DNA of 64,000 bases from Cetorhinus maximus (GCF_964194155.1 NC_135885.1:67084001-67148000); one strand, 5' to 3'; shown: positions 51,233 to 63,530, counted from the first letter of the stretch. Numbers and translations are program-made. Notes: a model not told the origin generated them from the letters alone.

Positions 51233-51786
51233 ATGGTTGATGAGAAGAAACCAGCTCCCAAGAAAGGAGCCAAAAAAGCCTTAAAGAAATCGTCAGCAAA
51301 GAGCGGGAAGAAGTGGCGAAAGTCAAGGAAAGAGAGTTACTCCATCTACATAGTGATGAAGCAGGTTCACCTCGACACCGGCACCTCCTCCAAGGCCATG
51401 AGCATCATGAACTCGTTCGTGATCGATATTTTCGAATGCATTGCGGATGAGGCTTCCCGCCTGGCCCGTTACAACAAGTGCAGCACCATTAGCTTCCGGG
51501 GGATCCAGACCGCCGTGCGCCTGCTGCTGCCCAGGGAACTGGCCAAGCACAGAAATAAAAACAAACAGAAACAGAAATACCTGGAAAAACTCAGCAGGTC
51601 TGGCAGCATCTGGCAACAGAACTTCTGTTGAAGGGTCATGAGGACTCGAAACGTCAACTGTACTCTTCTCCGCCGATGCTACCAGACCTGCTGAGTTTTT
51701 CCAGGTATTTCTGTTTTTGTTAACTGGCCAAGCACACCGTGTCGGAAGAGACAAATGTGATGATCAAGTACACCAGCTCCAAGTAA
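51233..51786 (+). pseudogene. H2B: Histone H2B pseudogene B, full length but interrupted by a 170-bp insertion
   Basis: MVDEKK...[15 protein letters not shown] [insert] TVSEETNVMIKYTSSK*; 6-nt deletion (YK lost), many radical substitutions, no histone stem-loop downstream. Confidence 0.93.
51552..51721 (+). mobile_element. 170-bp fold-back Penelope-derived element with hammerhead motif
   Basis: 15-bp TSD AACTGGCCAAGCACA (51537-51551, 51722-51736); 42-bp inverted arms 51569-51610/51675-51716 (1 mismatch); CTGTTGA-a-GGGTC-atgag-GACTC-GAAA-CGTC at 51625-51655. Confidence 0.88.
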
Positions 51787-52236
51787 AACTCTGCAATGGA
51801 CTGAAAAACATTCAAAATATCTCAAGTGTGAGCCTCGAGAGTGACTGTACAAGCTAAGCTGTCTGAAAAAATCACATTCTCATGATTTCCTTTCCACTAA
51901 GAATCAATGAAAATTAAGCAGCAGCTCTTTCTGACATTTCCTCATCTCCGAACCAGAGATAGTGAAACTATTAGCTGGTGGAGCACAGACAAGGCAACCA
52001 GGGATCTTCTAATCTGTTTCCCTCTTAACTATAATAAGCACATATACCTGCAAGGCCTATGCAGCCTAAGGCCTATTTATTAAACAAGCAGCTGGTTCCG
52101 CTCCCATCTCCAATAAAAAAACACAAAGCTACAACAGCATCAGGAGTACATCGCATGACACATCTTAGACTGCAGGAAGGAGGCCTCGAGTCGGAACACA
52201 GACAGCGTCCTCAATTACAATGTAAACCCAACCTAC

Positions 52237-52272
52237 CGTTAGTCGATTAACGTTCCTGCACAAGGTGGCCAT
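52237..52272 (-). CDS. MRPL30: MRPL30 coding exon 1
   Basis: gtgATGG context, MATLCRNVNRLT|gtagg, phase 0 matches exon 2; lies in the CpG island; basic residues and no acidic ones, as in a mitochondrial presequence. Confidence 0.8.
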
Positions 52273-52279
52273 CACCTCA

Positions 52280-52760
52280 AACCCGAAAGTTGCCAACAGC
52301 AAAAACCTGTTTCGTGCGGCCTGCCCAAAATCACGGAATCGCCGGCAAAGCTCCACCCACCACACGTCAATCAAAGACAAACCTCAACCTCTCGTCGCAA
52401 GAAACTTAATCAAAGGGAGTCTCCGCCCGAGCGTCGGCCCCAGCGCGGCGTCTCCACCCTTGCGCGGAGTCTCCGCCCCCGAGCGTCGGCCCCGGTCCCG
52501 CGCGGTCCACGCCCCCGCGTGGAGTCTCCGCCCCAAGTGCTCACCCCGCCCACGAGCGTCTGCCCCGCCCCCGAGCGCAGATCCCGCTTCCCAGCAAGAC
52601 TCCTCTCCCGATCACAGGGCCAGCCCCCGGATGGCCCGTCAGGAGCGTCATTTTTTTGTTTGGATGTATGCCTCCGGTTGAGTGGTTTCCGGCATTTCTG
52701 TTTTTATTCATATTGTAAAACCTTAATATTATTTATTTTTATCCCCAACCCTTTGCAGGT
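52280..52760. promoter_or_regulatory. CpG-island bidirectional promoter for MRPL30/MITD1
   Basis: High CpG, multiple GC boxes (ccgccc) in repeated ggagtctccgccc units, ETS-like ttccgg sites; head-to-head gene arrangement. Confidence 0.75.
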
Positions 52761-53344
52761 AATGCAACATTTAAATGTAAATCTATTATGATCGTTCAAG
52801 GGACCAATACAAAGGAGCAGCCTATGGATGTATTCCAAATTATGGAAGGTGCTGCTTCAAGCGGATGGGAATAAGAAGAACACTGCTCTCTGGGCTTGTA
52901 CCGAGAAAGAGAAAAGTTACAGTGTTCCGGGTCTTCCGTGAGTACTGAGATAGAGAAATAAACAGCACAAATAACAGTGGAGCGATGCAGAGGCACAAGT
53001 AAATAACTGACTTTAAATAAAAGAGATAAAATTTCCTGACAGATAAACTGGAATGAGAGAGGGTGAAATAAAAAATTATAGACAATAACTGGAGAGAGAA
53101 ATTATAGAAACAAATAGTGGAGATTCCACACAATAAGTGAATAGCGGGATTAGAGATTAGCTGGAGAGAGGGAAATCACAAAACAAATTGTTGTGACAAC
53201 TTGTATTTATATATAATCTTTAATGTAAGAAAGCAGCACACATTTTTAATGTAAGAAAGCAACGCTTGGCTTCACATTATTAAAGTTAAATTTGACAAGG
53301 AGCCATATGAGATATTAGGGTCGATAACCATAAACTTGGTTAAA

Positions 53345-55820
53345 GAATCATAGAATGGTCACCGCACAAAAGCGGCCCTGTTGTGTCCATGCTGATTCTC
53401 TATAAGAGCAACTCAGCTAGTCCCATTCCACTGACTTTTCCCAGTAGCCCTGCAATTTTTTTTATCTTTAGCTGCTTAGCAGATTCCCTTTTGAAATTAA
53501 TTAACCTGTTTCCACCATGCTCTCGGGCAGTGCATTCCAGATCCTAACCATTCGCTGAGTAAAAACAAAAATTCTTTGTGTTGCTGTTGGTTCTTTTGCC
53601 GTACACCTTTAGAATCAATGCCTTCTGGTTCTTGCCAATGGGAACAGTTCTTCCTTACTTATTCTGCATAGACCCCTCATGATTTTGAACACCACTATCA
53701 AATCTCCTTTCAATCTTCTCTAAAGAGAACAGCCCCAACCTCTCCAGTCTATCCACATCACTGAAGTCCCTTATCACCTTGAACCATTCTCGTAAATCTT
53801 TCTGTACCCTTTCTAAAGCCGTCATATTGTTCCTGAAGTACAGTGCTCAGAATTGTACATAATACACCAGTTTGGCCTCAATGGGAGTGTTATAAAGGGT
53901 CATCATAACTTCCTTGCTTTTGTACTCTATGCCTCTCTTTATAAAGCCCAGGATCCCATATGCCTTTTTAACTATTTTCTCTTCCTGCCCTGCCATCTTC
54001 AGTGATTCGTGCACACTTGCCTCAGGACTTTGGATTCCCTTTTATGTTAACTGCCAGTCTCTTCCCATCCTCTCTCTTTGCCTCTCGTTATTTCCTTTTT
54101 CACTTCCCTTCTGAATTTTCGATATTCACTTGTTTTATCAACCTCGTTCCTTGTAGGAATATACCTCAGCAATAACCAAAACATCTCTTCCTTACAGGCA
54201 TTCTGTTGCAGTTTTGCCTGCCATACTTTGATTCAAATTTATTTGGGCAAGGTCAATTCTCATCCTACTGAATTTGTCCATCCTCCAATTAAGTATTCTT
54301 ACCCTAGATTGCTCTTGTCCTTTCTCATAAGCAAACCTAATCTTTTCAGTACTATGATCGCGGTTCCCTAAATGTTCCCCTATTGACACTTAATCCACTT
54401 AAACCACCTCATTCCCCATAACCAGATCCAGCAATGTATTCTTCCTCTTTGGGCTGGAAACATGCTGATCAAGAAAATGTTCCTGTAACCATTTCAAAAG
54501 TTCCCTGGCAAGCCATGCAGCATCCTGACTTGGAACTATATCGGCATTCCTTTACTGTCGATGGATCAAAAACCTGAAAATCCTTCCCCAACAGCACTGT
54601 GGGTGTACCTATACCATACAGATTGAAGATGTTCAAGGCAGTGGCTCATCACCAACTTCTCAAGGAGACTTGGGATAGACGATAGATGCTGGCCTTGCCA
54701 GTGACTCACTCATCCCATGAATGAATTAAAACAAAAGATATTCAAAAGCTCTTCCCCCTTTCTGCCCTTTACATTATTACTATTCCAGTTTATATTGGGA
54801 TAATTCAAGCTCCCCATGATCACCCTTCTATAGTTCTTGCACCTCTCTGTAGTTTCCCTGCAAATTTGCTCTGTATCTTTCCCACTAGATGGTGGCCTAT
54901 AGAATGCACTCTAGTGTATTGATACATCTATTGATTCTTAACTCTAACCTAATACAGAGAATCTGTCCTTGATCCTCTAGAACATCCCCAATCTCCATCA
55001 CTGTAATACAGTATTCTCCTTAATCAATACTGCACCCCTCCTTTCTTTCCTTCATTATTTTCCCTGATCACCTTGTATCCAGTAGTAATTAGGATTAAGT
55101 CGTGCAGGTCTCCATTATTGCCACATCATATTTCCATCTCCTTAGCTTTGCTTGCAGCTCACCAACCTAATTTACCTAATCTAAAGCTCTCCCTCTTGTA
55201 CCATCTCTCCAGCCATGTATTCATCTGTTCCATCCTCCTATATCCATTCTCATTAGTGTGTGGCACTGGGAGTAATATGGAAATTACTGTCTTTGAGGTC
55301 CTGCTTGAATGGTCTCCTTCCTAGCTCCCTAAAATCTGCCTGCAGTCCTCAACTCTCTTTTTACCTTATTGTTGGCACTGATACAGACCACAACCATTGG
55401 CTATTCATCTTCCCCTGCACTCCCTCACCACCTCCCCCTTTACGGTGCTCTGCTGCCACTCAGTGACATTCTTGACCCTGACGCCAGGGAGGAGGGAAGG
55501 AGCACATTGTTCTGGATTCATATCTATGGCTGCAGAAACTCCTCTCTGTTCCCCTAACTATGGAATCCCCTATAACAGTTGCTTTCCCAATCTTATTCCT
55601 GTCCCTCTGTACAGCTTGGCCACCTGTGGTACAGTGGACCTGGATCTGACTGCTCTCTCCAGAGGAACCATCACTCTCGCCAGTAATCAGAACGGAATAT
55701 GAGCTGGAGAGTAAGATGCTCTCAGGGGACTTCTGTGTTACTTTCCTGTGTTACTTCTTGGTCCTTCTTGACTGCCTGATAGTCACCTATTTTCTCTCTC
55801 TGTACACACTTAAGCTGCAG
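53345..55820 (-). mobile_element. Decayed CR1 with a nested + strand LINE 3' fragment at ~54505-54735
   Basis: GEHLGNRDH APE remnant, CR1 tail at ~53345; nested tail cccaacagcactgtgggtgtacc...catcccatgaatgaattaaaa. Confidence 0.65.
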
Positions 55821-56159
55821 GGTGGAATTTTAACTGTGTCCAAATTGGCAACCATGTTTGCCTACAATTCAAATCTAATCCATTGGTTGTGAAACATTTT
55901 GGGACATCCTAAAGATGTGAAAGGTATTTGAAAAGTGAGCATTTATATTTCTTTAGAGAGATTAGAGAGGGGAAATCTTGGGAGAGAAACAGAATAGCTG
56001 GAGAATATCTAGAACAGACACACTGGGGAATAAGTAGAGAAATTACAGACCATCTAACTGAAGACGGAATTAAGCGAGACAACACGGTTAAGCGAGATTA
56101 CAGAGCTTCGGGAGACAGAATAACTATTGATAACTAGTCACTAGATTGACAACTTAGTT

Positions 56160-57365
56160 ATTTGAGGATGTAAGGAGTAGTAGTGTAGATAAAGGGAAGC
56201 CAGTAGATGTAGTATATTTAAGTTTCCAAAAGGCATTTGAAAAGGTGCCACACAAAAGGTTAATATGCAAGATATGGGCTCATGGAGTTGGTGGTAATAT
56301 ATTAGTATGGATGGAGGATTAGTTAACAAATAGTGATCAGAGACAACAGGGTACTTTCAAGTTTGCTGGCTTTAACTAGCAGAGTTCTGGAAGGATTACT
56401 GCTGAGGCCTCAGCTATTTACAATCTATATTAATGGCATGGCATAGACAAAGAGACTGATAGTAATGTATCTAAGTTTGCTGATTATGCAAAAATAGGTG
56501 AGAATGTAAGGAGGGCACAAAGAGGCTACAATGAGGTAGAGAGAGGTTAAGTGAGTGGGCAACATGGAGGATGGCAGATGGGGAAGTGTGAGGTTATTCA
56601 CTTTAGTAATAAGAACAGAAAAGCAGGACATATTTTAAAAGCTGTGGAAGTTCAAAATGTTGATGTTCAGAGAGGCTGTGTGTACTCATACAAGGAATGT
56701 TGAAAGTCAGCATGCATATACAGCAAGCAATTAAGAAGGCAAATAGTATGTTGGCCTTTATTGCAAGAGGGATTGGAGTTTAAGAATAAGAAAGTCTTGC
56801 TACAATTCTAAAGGGCTTTACCTGGGAACTGTGTACAGTTTTGGTCTCCATATTTAAGGAAAGATATACTTGCCTTGGAGATGGTACAGTGAAGGTTCAC
56901 TAGATTGGTTCCTGGGATAAGAGGATTGTCCTATGACGAGAGGCTGAGTAAATTGGGTCTATATTCTCTGGCATTTAGAAGAATGATAGGCGATCTGATT
57001 GAAACATACAAGATCATGAAAGGACTTCACAGGGTAGACACTGAGACATTGTTTCCCCATTTGTTCAAAGACAGGGGCACAATCTCCAATTAAGGGGTCA
57101 ATTATTTAGGACAGAGGTGAGGAGAAACTTCTTCTCTCAAAGGGTTGTGAATCTTTGGAATTCTCCATCCTAGAGGGTTGTGGATGTTCCATCATTGAAT
57201 ATATTCAAGGCTGGAATAGGTAGATTTATGATTTCTCAGAATCAAGGCTTAAGGGGAGCAGGCAATAAAGTAGGGTTGAGACTGAAGATCAGCCATGGTC
57301 ATTGAATGGTGGAGCAGGCTCGAGGAGCCACATGGTCTACTCTGGCTCCTATTTTTTTATGTCTT
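56160..57365 (+). mobile_element. Decayed CR1 3' half
   Basis: FPKGI/KAF..VPH and SKFAD remnants; GLSYDERLSKLGLYSL..RRMIGDLIETYKI; CR1 tail. Confidence 0.8.
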
Positions 57366-58329
57366 TATAAAAGGTTAGAGCTGTTTGTCCTGAGACACAT
57401 AAACCAGGAAAGTATTAAGTTGCTCATAGATCTTAATAATGCTACAATATTCTATCTAGGAATCTTTTGAACAATGAAACAAATACAATCCTTTTCTCTC
57501 TGGGCTCCTATCATCGATGAGATGCACTTCCTATTTCCAATTTCCACAAAACTCTTCTCTCCTGGACCCATGCTGGCCAACACTGTAAATGATCCCATCT
57601 GCTAAGGTACAGACCCCCCCCCCACCCTTTCAAAGTTACCATCATGACCACCACCCCTTGGAAAACACACACAGCCTCTTTGTCCTTGAAAACTACTACC
57701 CCATTTCCGCTCTTCCTTTCATTTCCACAATCTTTCGAAGTGTTGTCACCTCCCAAATCTGTGTCCATCTTTCCTCCAACCTCTTGTTTAAATTCCTCCA
57801 ATCAGAATTTTGCCTCTACCACTGCACCGAAATACTTGAATCAAAGTAACAAAAACTATCCTCCGACTGTGACCATGGTGCACTGTCACCCTTTATCCTT
57901 CTCGACCTCCTTGCAGCCTTTGACATGGTCAACCATACCATTCTCCTCCTTTCTCCAGTGGGACTACCCTAGCTTGGTTCCACCCTTACCTAATCTGCCC
58001 ACCTCTTTTTCTGGTACATTGATGACTGTATTGGTGCTAATGATAGGAAGAGTATTTACACAAAAGGCAACATTAGTTGCCGATGAGGCAGAAAGTTGCT
58101 GAGGCAGGGTGGATTAGGCTGTGGAAGAATTTAAAGATGTGAACAAAATTCAATGCACTGGGGATGGGCAGGCAGTATAGATTCTTGCTCTCTTCCTGCA
58201 CTGGTAATTTTATCAACTTTGCTTTCAATTTCTGCCCTTCTCTCACTGAGCCAAAGCATGTCTAGCAATGGTTTCCCTTTCCACTTCAGCACCATTACCT
58301 TTGAAGACACCAAGGATTTACCTTTGCTC

Positions 58330-59740
58330 CAATATAAAGCAGAAAGTGCTGGAAATGCTCAGCAGGCCAGGCAGCATCTGTGGAGAGAGAAACAGCGTTA
58401 ACATTCCAGGTCATTTCAAGGACCTTTCATCAGAAGGAGGGAAAAGCTAGAGATGTAATAGGTTTTAAGCAAATGAAAGGAAGGGGGGATAAAGAACAAA
58501 AGGGAAGGCCTGTGTTAGAGTGGAAGACAGGAGAGATTAAATAACAAAAATGATGGTGGTCCAAAGTGGAAGGAGTGGTAATGGGACAAAAGCAGTGTCT
58601 AGAGGAGGTGTAAATGGCAAAATCATAAACAGCTGTTGTCCAAATTTAAAAAAACAAGAGTAAAACCAAAGCAGCAAAGAGAAAGGAAACAACGTAGAGG
58701 CAGAGGTTATGGTCTGAAATTATTGAGACCAGTGTTGAGTCCAGAAGGCTGTAAAGTGCCTAATCAAAATACATTCTTTGAGTTTCATTGGAACAAACTG
58801 CAGGAAAACAAGGAGAGAGAGGTAAGAGTGGGGATAAGATGGAGAATTAAAATGACAGGCAAGCGGAAGCTCAAGGTCACACCTGTGGACTGAACAGATT
58901 TGTTTCACAAAGGGTTCACCCGATCTGCATTTAGTCTCTCCAGTGTAGAGCAGACCACATTATGAGCAGTGATTACAGTATACTAAATTGAAAGAAGAAC
59001 ACATAAATTGCTGTTTCTCCTGGAAGGAGTGTTTGAATATTTATTGATGTTCTATACCCAGAAATGGAGATAGAGAAGTCGAGGAAGGAAAGAGAAGAGT
59101 CAGAGATGCACCATATAAGGGAAGGGTGAAAACTGAAAGCAAAGTTGATTAAACATTCCATCATCAACTGTTCAAGACTAGAGCAAAACAAACTATATTG
59201 GATATATCTGTCCCCAGCGGATTGAATTTAAAATCCCTGTTTGCACCTTCAAATGCTTCCACGGCCTAACCCACCCTGCCTTAGCAACCTTCTGCCTCAT
59301 CGGCAACTGATGTTCCCTTTTGTGTAAATCCTCTTCCTCCCATTAGCACCAATACAATCATCGGTGTCCCGGAAAAAGAGGTGAATGAGGGGACATGCGT
59401 ATAAATGGAACAAAGAATGTCCCACGTATATACCGCAGTAAAGCAGGCATTGCTAGGACCCATAAGGGTACCTTCAGCAACACCTTTCATTTGGGGAAAG
59501 TGAGTGAGGAGAAGTTGATCATTGTGGGAATTATTTCAGCTAGGCAGAGAAGGTGGTAGTAGATGGAGATTTGTTGGGCCTTGGTTCAAGGAAGAAACGG
59601 AGAGCTCTCAGAGCATCCTGGTAGGATTGGAAATGTAGAGAGATTGGACATCTGATGTGAAGAGGAGTCGGTTAGGGTCATGAAACTGCAAAGTTTTAGC
59701 TTGATGAAGGGCACTAGAAGTGTCATCTATGTTGGTGGGA
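58330..59740 (-). mobile_element. Decayed Penelope element with pLTR/hammerhead remnant
   Basis: LPLACHFNSP (GIY-YIG region), SLSFLDFSISIS and KGVAEGTLMGPSNAC (RT motif B); minus-strand CTGATGA-aaggtc..gacct-GGAA at ~58404-58433. Confidence 0.75.
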
Positions 59741-59915
59741 AGGGACCAAGCTTGCTTATTTCCACTTCACTATTGCCCACTTCCACACCTATCTCAATCC
59801 CACCACATTTTTGTTATCCGTGGACTGGATTTCTACAATGTCTTTGTTTTTCCAGCTTTCCATCTACCATCCTTACAGAATCCAACTTATCTAAAGCTCA
59901 GGCATCTGTGTCCTG

Positions 59916-60844
59916 TGTTATGATGTGGCAGGTGATATGTGCCAGGTGGACCAAATTCACAAGGGAAACTTGGCCACGCTATCACAATGGTTTTGCAATT
60001 TGTATTTATTACGAGAAGATTTGTGCACTGAATTCAGAAGTAGTGAGTCCACTAACAACATTAGAGATTTTAAAAATTAAATTAAAACATTTATTAACAA
60101 AAGAAAAGAATTCAAACACATACAAAATATTACAGTTACGTGATATTATAACAAATCCAAGAGTTCCTAATTAACTTGACTCCCAACTACATAGCCCCTT
60201 TAAGACAACAGTCCAAAACAAATCTTTAAATTTAAATAGGCAATCTAGCAAGGTTACTCACTCGACAGTGGAATTCCAAAGGCTTTTTAACACAACTTTA
60301 GTTACTGGACACAGCAGATGTCTGCAGAAGTGGCTAGAGGCTTTTCCCCATTGCTGCTTTACACGGTATACCTTTCAAGATATTACACGGCCAGCCCCCA
60401 CATAACCTTCCATCATTCTTTATATATGTTTCTCTCTCTTTAATGTGTAAAATCCCATTGTTCTACATGTCTTTGGAAATTTGCTTTTCCCATAATATAA
60501 AATTCTTTCATGTTGTCAATATGGCCTCTTTCCTTTTGGGAAAAATACACATAATAACCTTGCCCTATTTATGTTATTAGTTGTAAACATCCTACCATCC
60601 CTTTGAAATTCAAAAAACCCCTTTGCTTATCAAAAATGCAAATTTCATTTTCACCTTATCTGTGGAACCCTCATCCTCGCTTGTCCATCTCCATTTCAAA
60701 GGTCTGCTTTACACCTAACTCTTTTGATAATTTCAACCTTTAGTCTATCCGATTCTAATTCAATTAAATCAGTCACACAGAACCATCCACACTGACACCC
60801 ATAAGACTACAATGATATTATGAAAAATATATAGTTTCATGACA
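59916..60844 (-). mobile_element. Solo LTR
   Basis: TGTTATGA...TCATGACA ends; perfect 4-bp TSD CCTG (59912-59915, 60845-60848). Confidence 0.82.
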
Positions 60845-61315
60845 CCTGTCTCACAAGACCCATCCACTGCCCACCATCCTCATCTTTGCTGACCTACACT
60901 GCCTCCCACTCCCCAGTGCATTGAATTTAAAATCGTTATTTGCATTTTCAAATTCTTCCACAGCCTATTCCACATTGCTTCAGCAACCTTCTGCCTCATC
61001 GCTAACTGACATTGCCGTTTGTATATATCCTCTTCCTATCATTAGTGGTAGAGTTTTTGGCTACCTTAGGCATGGGTTTTGGAACTTCTCCCTAAACATC
61101 TTCACTTCTCTACTTCAGTTTCAAAAACCTTCATAATGATAGGTTTCCTGTTCCTATCTTGGTCATCAAACATTCTGTCTTTCATTCTAACTGTCCAGCC
61201 AGGGTTTGATGTCTGCTTGTTTTAATTTTTCACCTATAAAGTGCATTAGAACATTTTTCTACATTAAGTATGTTATATAAAGTTCTGTTGACTATTATTT
61301 ATAGATTCTGCTGCC

Positions 61316-61460
61316 ATGTCTCAGAGTATGCTGACAGGAATGGAGAATTCAGCTGTGACTGTGTTGAAGAGGGCTATAGAGTTAGACAATGACTCACGTT
61401 TACAGGATTCACTTGTTTGTTATCAAGAAGGAATCGCTCTTCTTTTGCAAGTGTTGAAAG
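61316..61460 (+). CDS. MITD1: MIT domain-containing protein 1, first coding exon (gene continues beyond the window)
   Basis: gccATG; [48 protein letters not shown](G)|gtaac, the MIT domain start; acceptor tag at 61302-61304. Confidence 0.93.
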
Positions 61461-62178
61461 GTAACAAAGCCTTTAACATTCCCTCTGAATTATCATAGAA
61501 AATAGATCTATCAACCATACTTTGAAGTTGGGGTCTCTAGAACATTTAATAATTAACAGTTCTTTCCCCATACCATAAACAAATAACATGTTAAACTCAC
61601 CCGTGAGTTTTGTGTACTCAGTCATTAAGTGATGCATCAGGGAGGACATAAAATGGAAATAAAACTGATGTAAAGAATCAATAATACAGTTATCCCAGCT
61701 TCCCTGGGCTATGGAAGGAAACAGATTAGCCTAACATTCTACTTCTGATTACTCACTAATGAGGCCTGCTGGAATGTGGGTATATGTTGTTGGTGAGAAT
61801 TCAGCTCTGATGTCCTCTGTGGCTGAATTGCCTGCCATCACTCACAGTCTGGACTGTATCAAAGTGCTGATGGTATCTGCAGAAGAATATTTCAGCAGAA
61901 GTCAGTGGCTTCAGCAGAAAATTATACATGTGTGTGTTGAAAGCACACTCTGTGATTTGTGATCCACTGGCAGTTAATTCGTTAGACTGCATCTTGTATA
62001 TTTTGCATGGCTGTAGGAATTGTGCATCACTGAATCTCTGGATGAACTACATGAAAAAGTTTCCATGTCTGACAACTGTTATAAGTTACTTGGTCAAAAT
62101 TTTGACCTCGGAAGATGAGAGCATTATTTGTTTAATACTTTATTGTAAACACAGATACTTTTTATGCTGGTTTTAACA

Positions 62179-63530
62179 TGGTTATGAAAATGTCTAATCC
62201 TCTATTTGCTTTTATAAAATATTGTGCGTCATGCTTGTTAGGAACTAGTGTTAGTTTTAAGTAAGTTATATCTGTATTAGCGGATGTTAGGAATAAACGA
62301 TAGCTTTAAGTTTAATTTATATGTTGCATGTGTGTATTAAGAAAGGGAAAACCTGGGTTTTGGTCACTTTAGAATGTTGCTTGCAGGTCTGTGGGTTTGT
62401 TTGTATACCTGTATTTTAATGAGGCTTTGCGACCCTTGAAATGGAGAGCTGTGTTTCGGGGGCGGGGGAGTTAGTGGTTTGGGGAAGTTAAAACAAAGTA
62501 GGGAAAACTGTGCTGTTGCCTAGCAACATGGGGTCCACAGAGACAGGGAAAAACAGAAAAGCAGCTTATTTTCAGTTGGTAGGAGAATTCCACAGAAACT
62601 GCTAGAGCAAGCAGGAAGGGAGCTGCAGGGAGCAGGTCCCAAAGAAAATCCCAAAAACCAGGGAGTTGGGCAGAAGATGGTCCCAGGAAAACAATTAAGT
62701 CAAGGGAAAATAACAGGAATCTGAACCAGCCCTGTTCAGTGGAATTAAAAGGAAAGAGCAGAGAAAAAGGCTCTGAATTAAAGAGAGAAAGCTGCGGGGA
62801 GCAGAATCAAGGTAAATTGGGCTTGCGAGAAGCCAGGCGATCCAAGGAGCCAAACCTTGGTGACTCCTTACTATGGGCCTGTGAAGCAGTGGTGTTCTGT
62901 TGGCATGGCTGAGTATCTGACAGAGTACGTGGAAGGCAAATCTTGATTGCATGTGGCGACCCAGGGGAGAGGAACATCAGAAAGAGAGGTTGAAACCCTG
63001 GAAGTGGATCCTTGTTGAAGACATCCAAGTGAAAGTGTAGCTTGGGAGAAAATTCCAAGGCGAGTTCTTCAAGAGTGGAGATTGGAAACCCTCGTGTGAA
63101 AGACAGAGCTCAATGAGACTGGTTGGCTTACAGTGTGACAAACGTCTGGGGGGAGTTGATGAGAAACCCATAGCATCTGCTTTGGGTGGATTCCGTCGCT
63201 TGGTTTTAGAGTGTGGTGTGTTTGACCACAGGGTGCCAATTGGTTTACATGGACTGTGTATTTTCTGTGAACGTGAGAGCATAAGAAAGCTTTTGTAACT
63301 TGTGTTATCCTCACGAATCTGTACATATCTGTGAAGTAGTGTAACATAGTTCATTTTTTCTTTAATAAACGTTTTATTCTTTAGTTAAAAGCTCATCAGC
63401 AGACTCTGACTAGTTTCAGTAGCCATTCTCCACATTTCTAAACAAAAAAGAAAAGTTAAGATCTATCAAGCCAGGTTCCACCCTGGGATCTGACTTGTCC
63501 AGTAGTAACATCAGCTGGGATCATAGTAAC
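62179..63530 (+). mobile_element. Solo LTR related to 40309-41359
   Basis: Decayed ends (tggttatga / gatcatagtaaca); shared blocks gagaa(a)ttccaagg and gtgtggtgtgtt..accaca; AATAAA at ~63364. Confidence 0.65.

Noticed and set aside
51233-51631. 132-aa ORF as a novel H2B variant with a new C-terminus
   Set aside because: The new tail is read-through into the 170-bp insertion. The histone fold has a deletion and several radical substitutions, consistent with a pseudogene.
52265-52681. 138-aa Pro/Arg/Ser-rich ORF
   Set aside because: A by-product of the GC-rich promoter repeats; no recognisable domain.
59680-60174. 164-aa ORF
   Set aside because: Runs across Penelope remnant, intervening sequence and the LTR boundary; no coherent protein.
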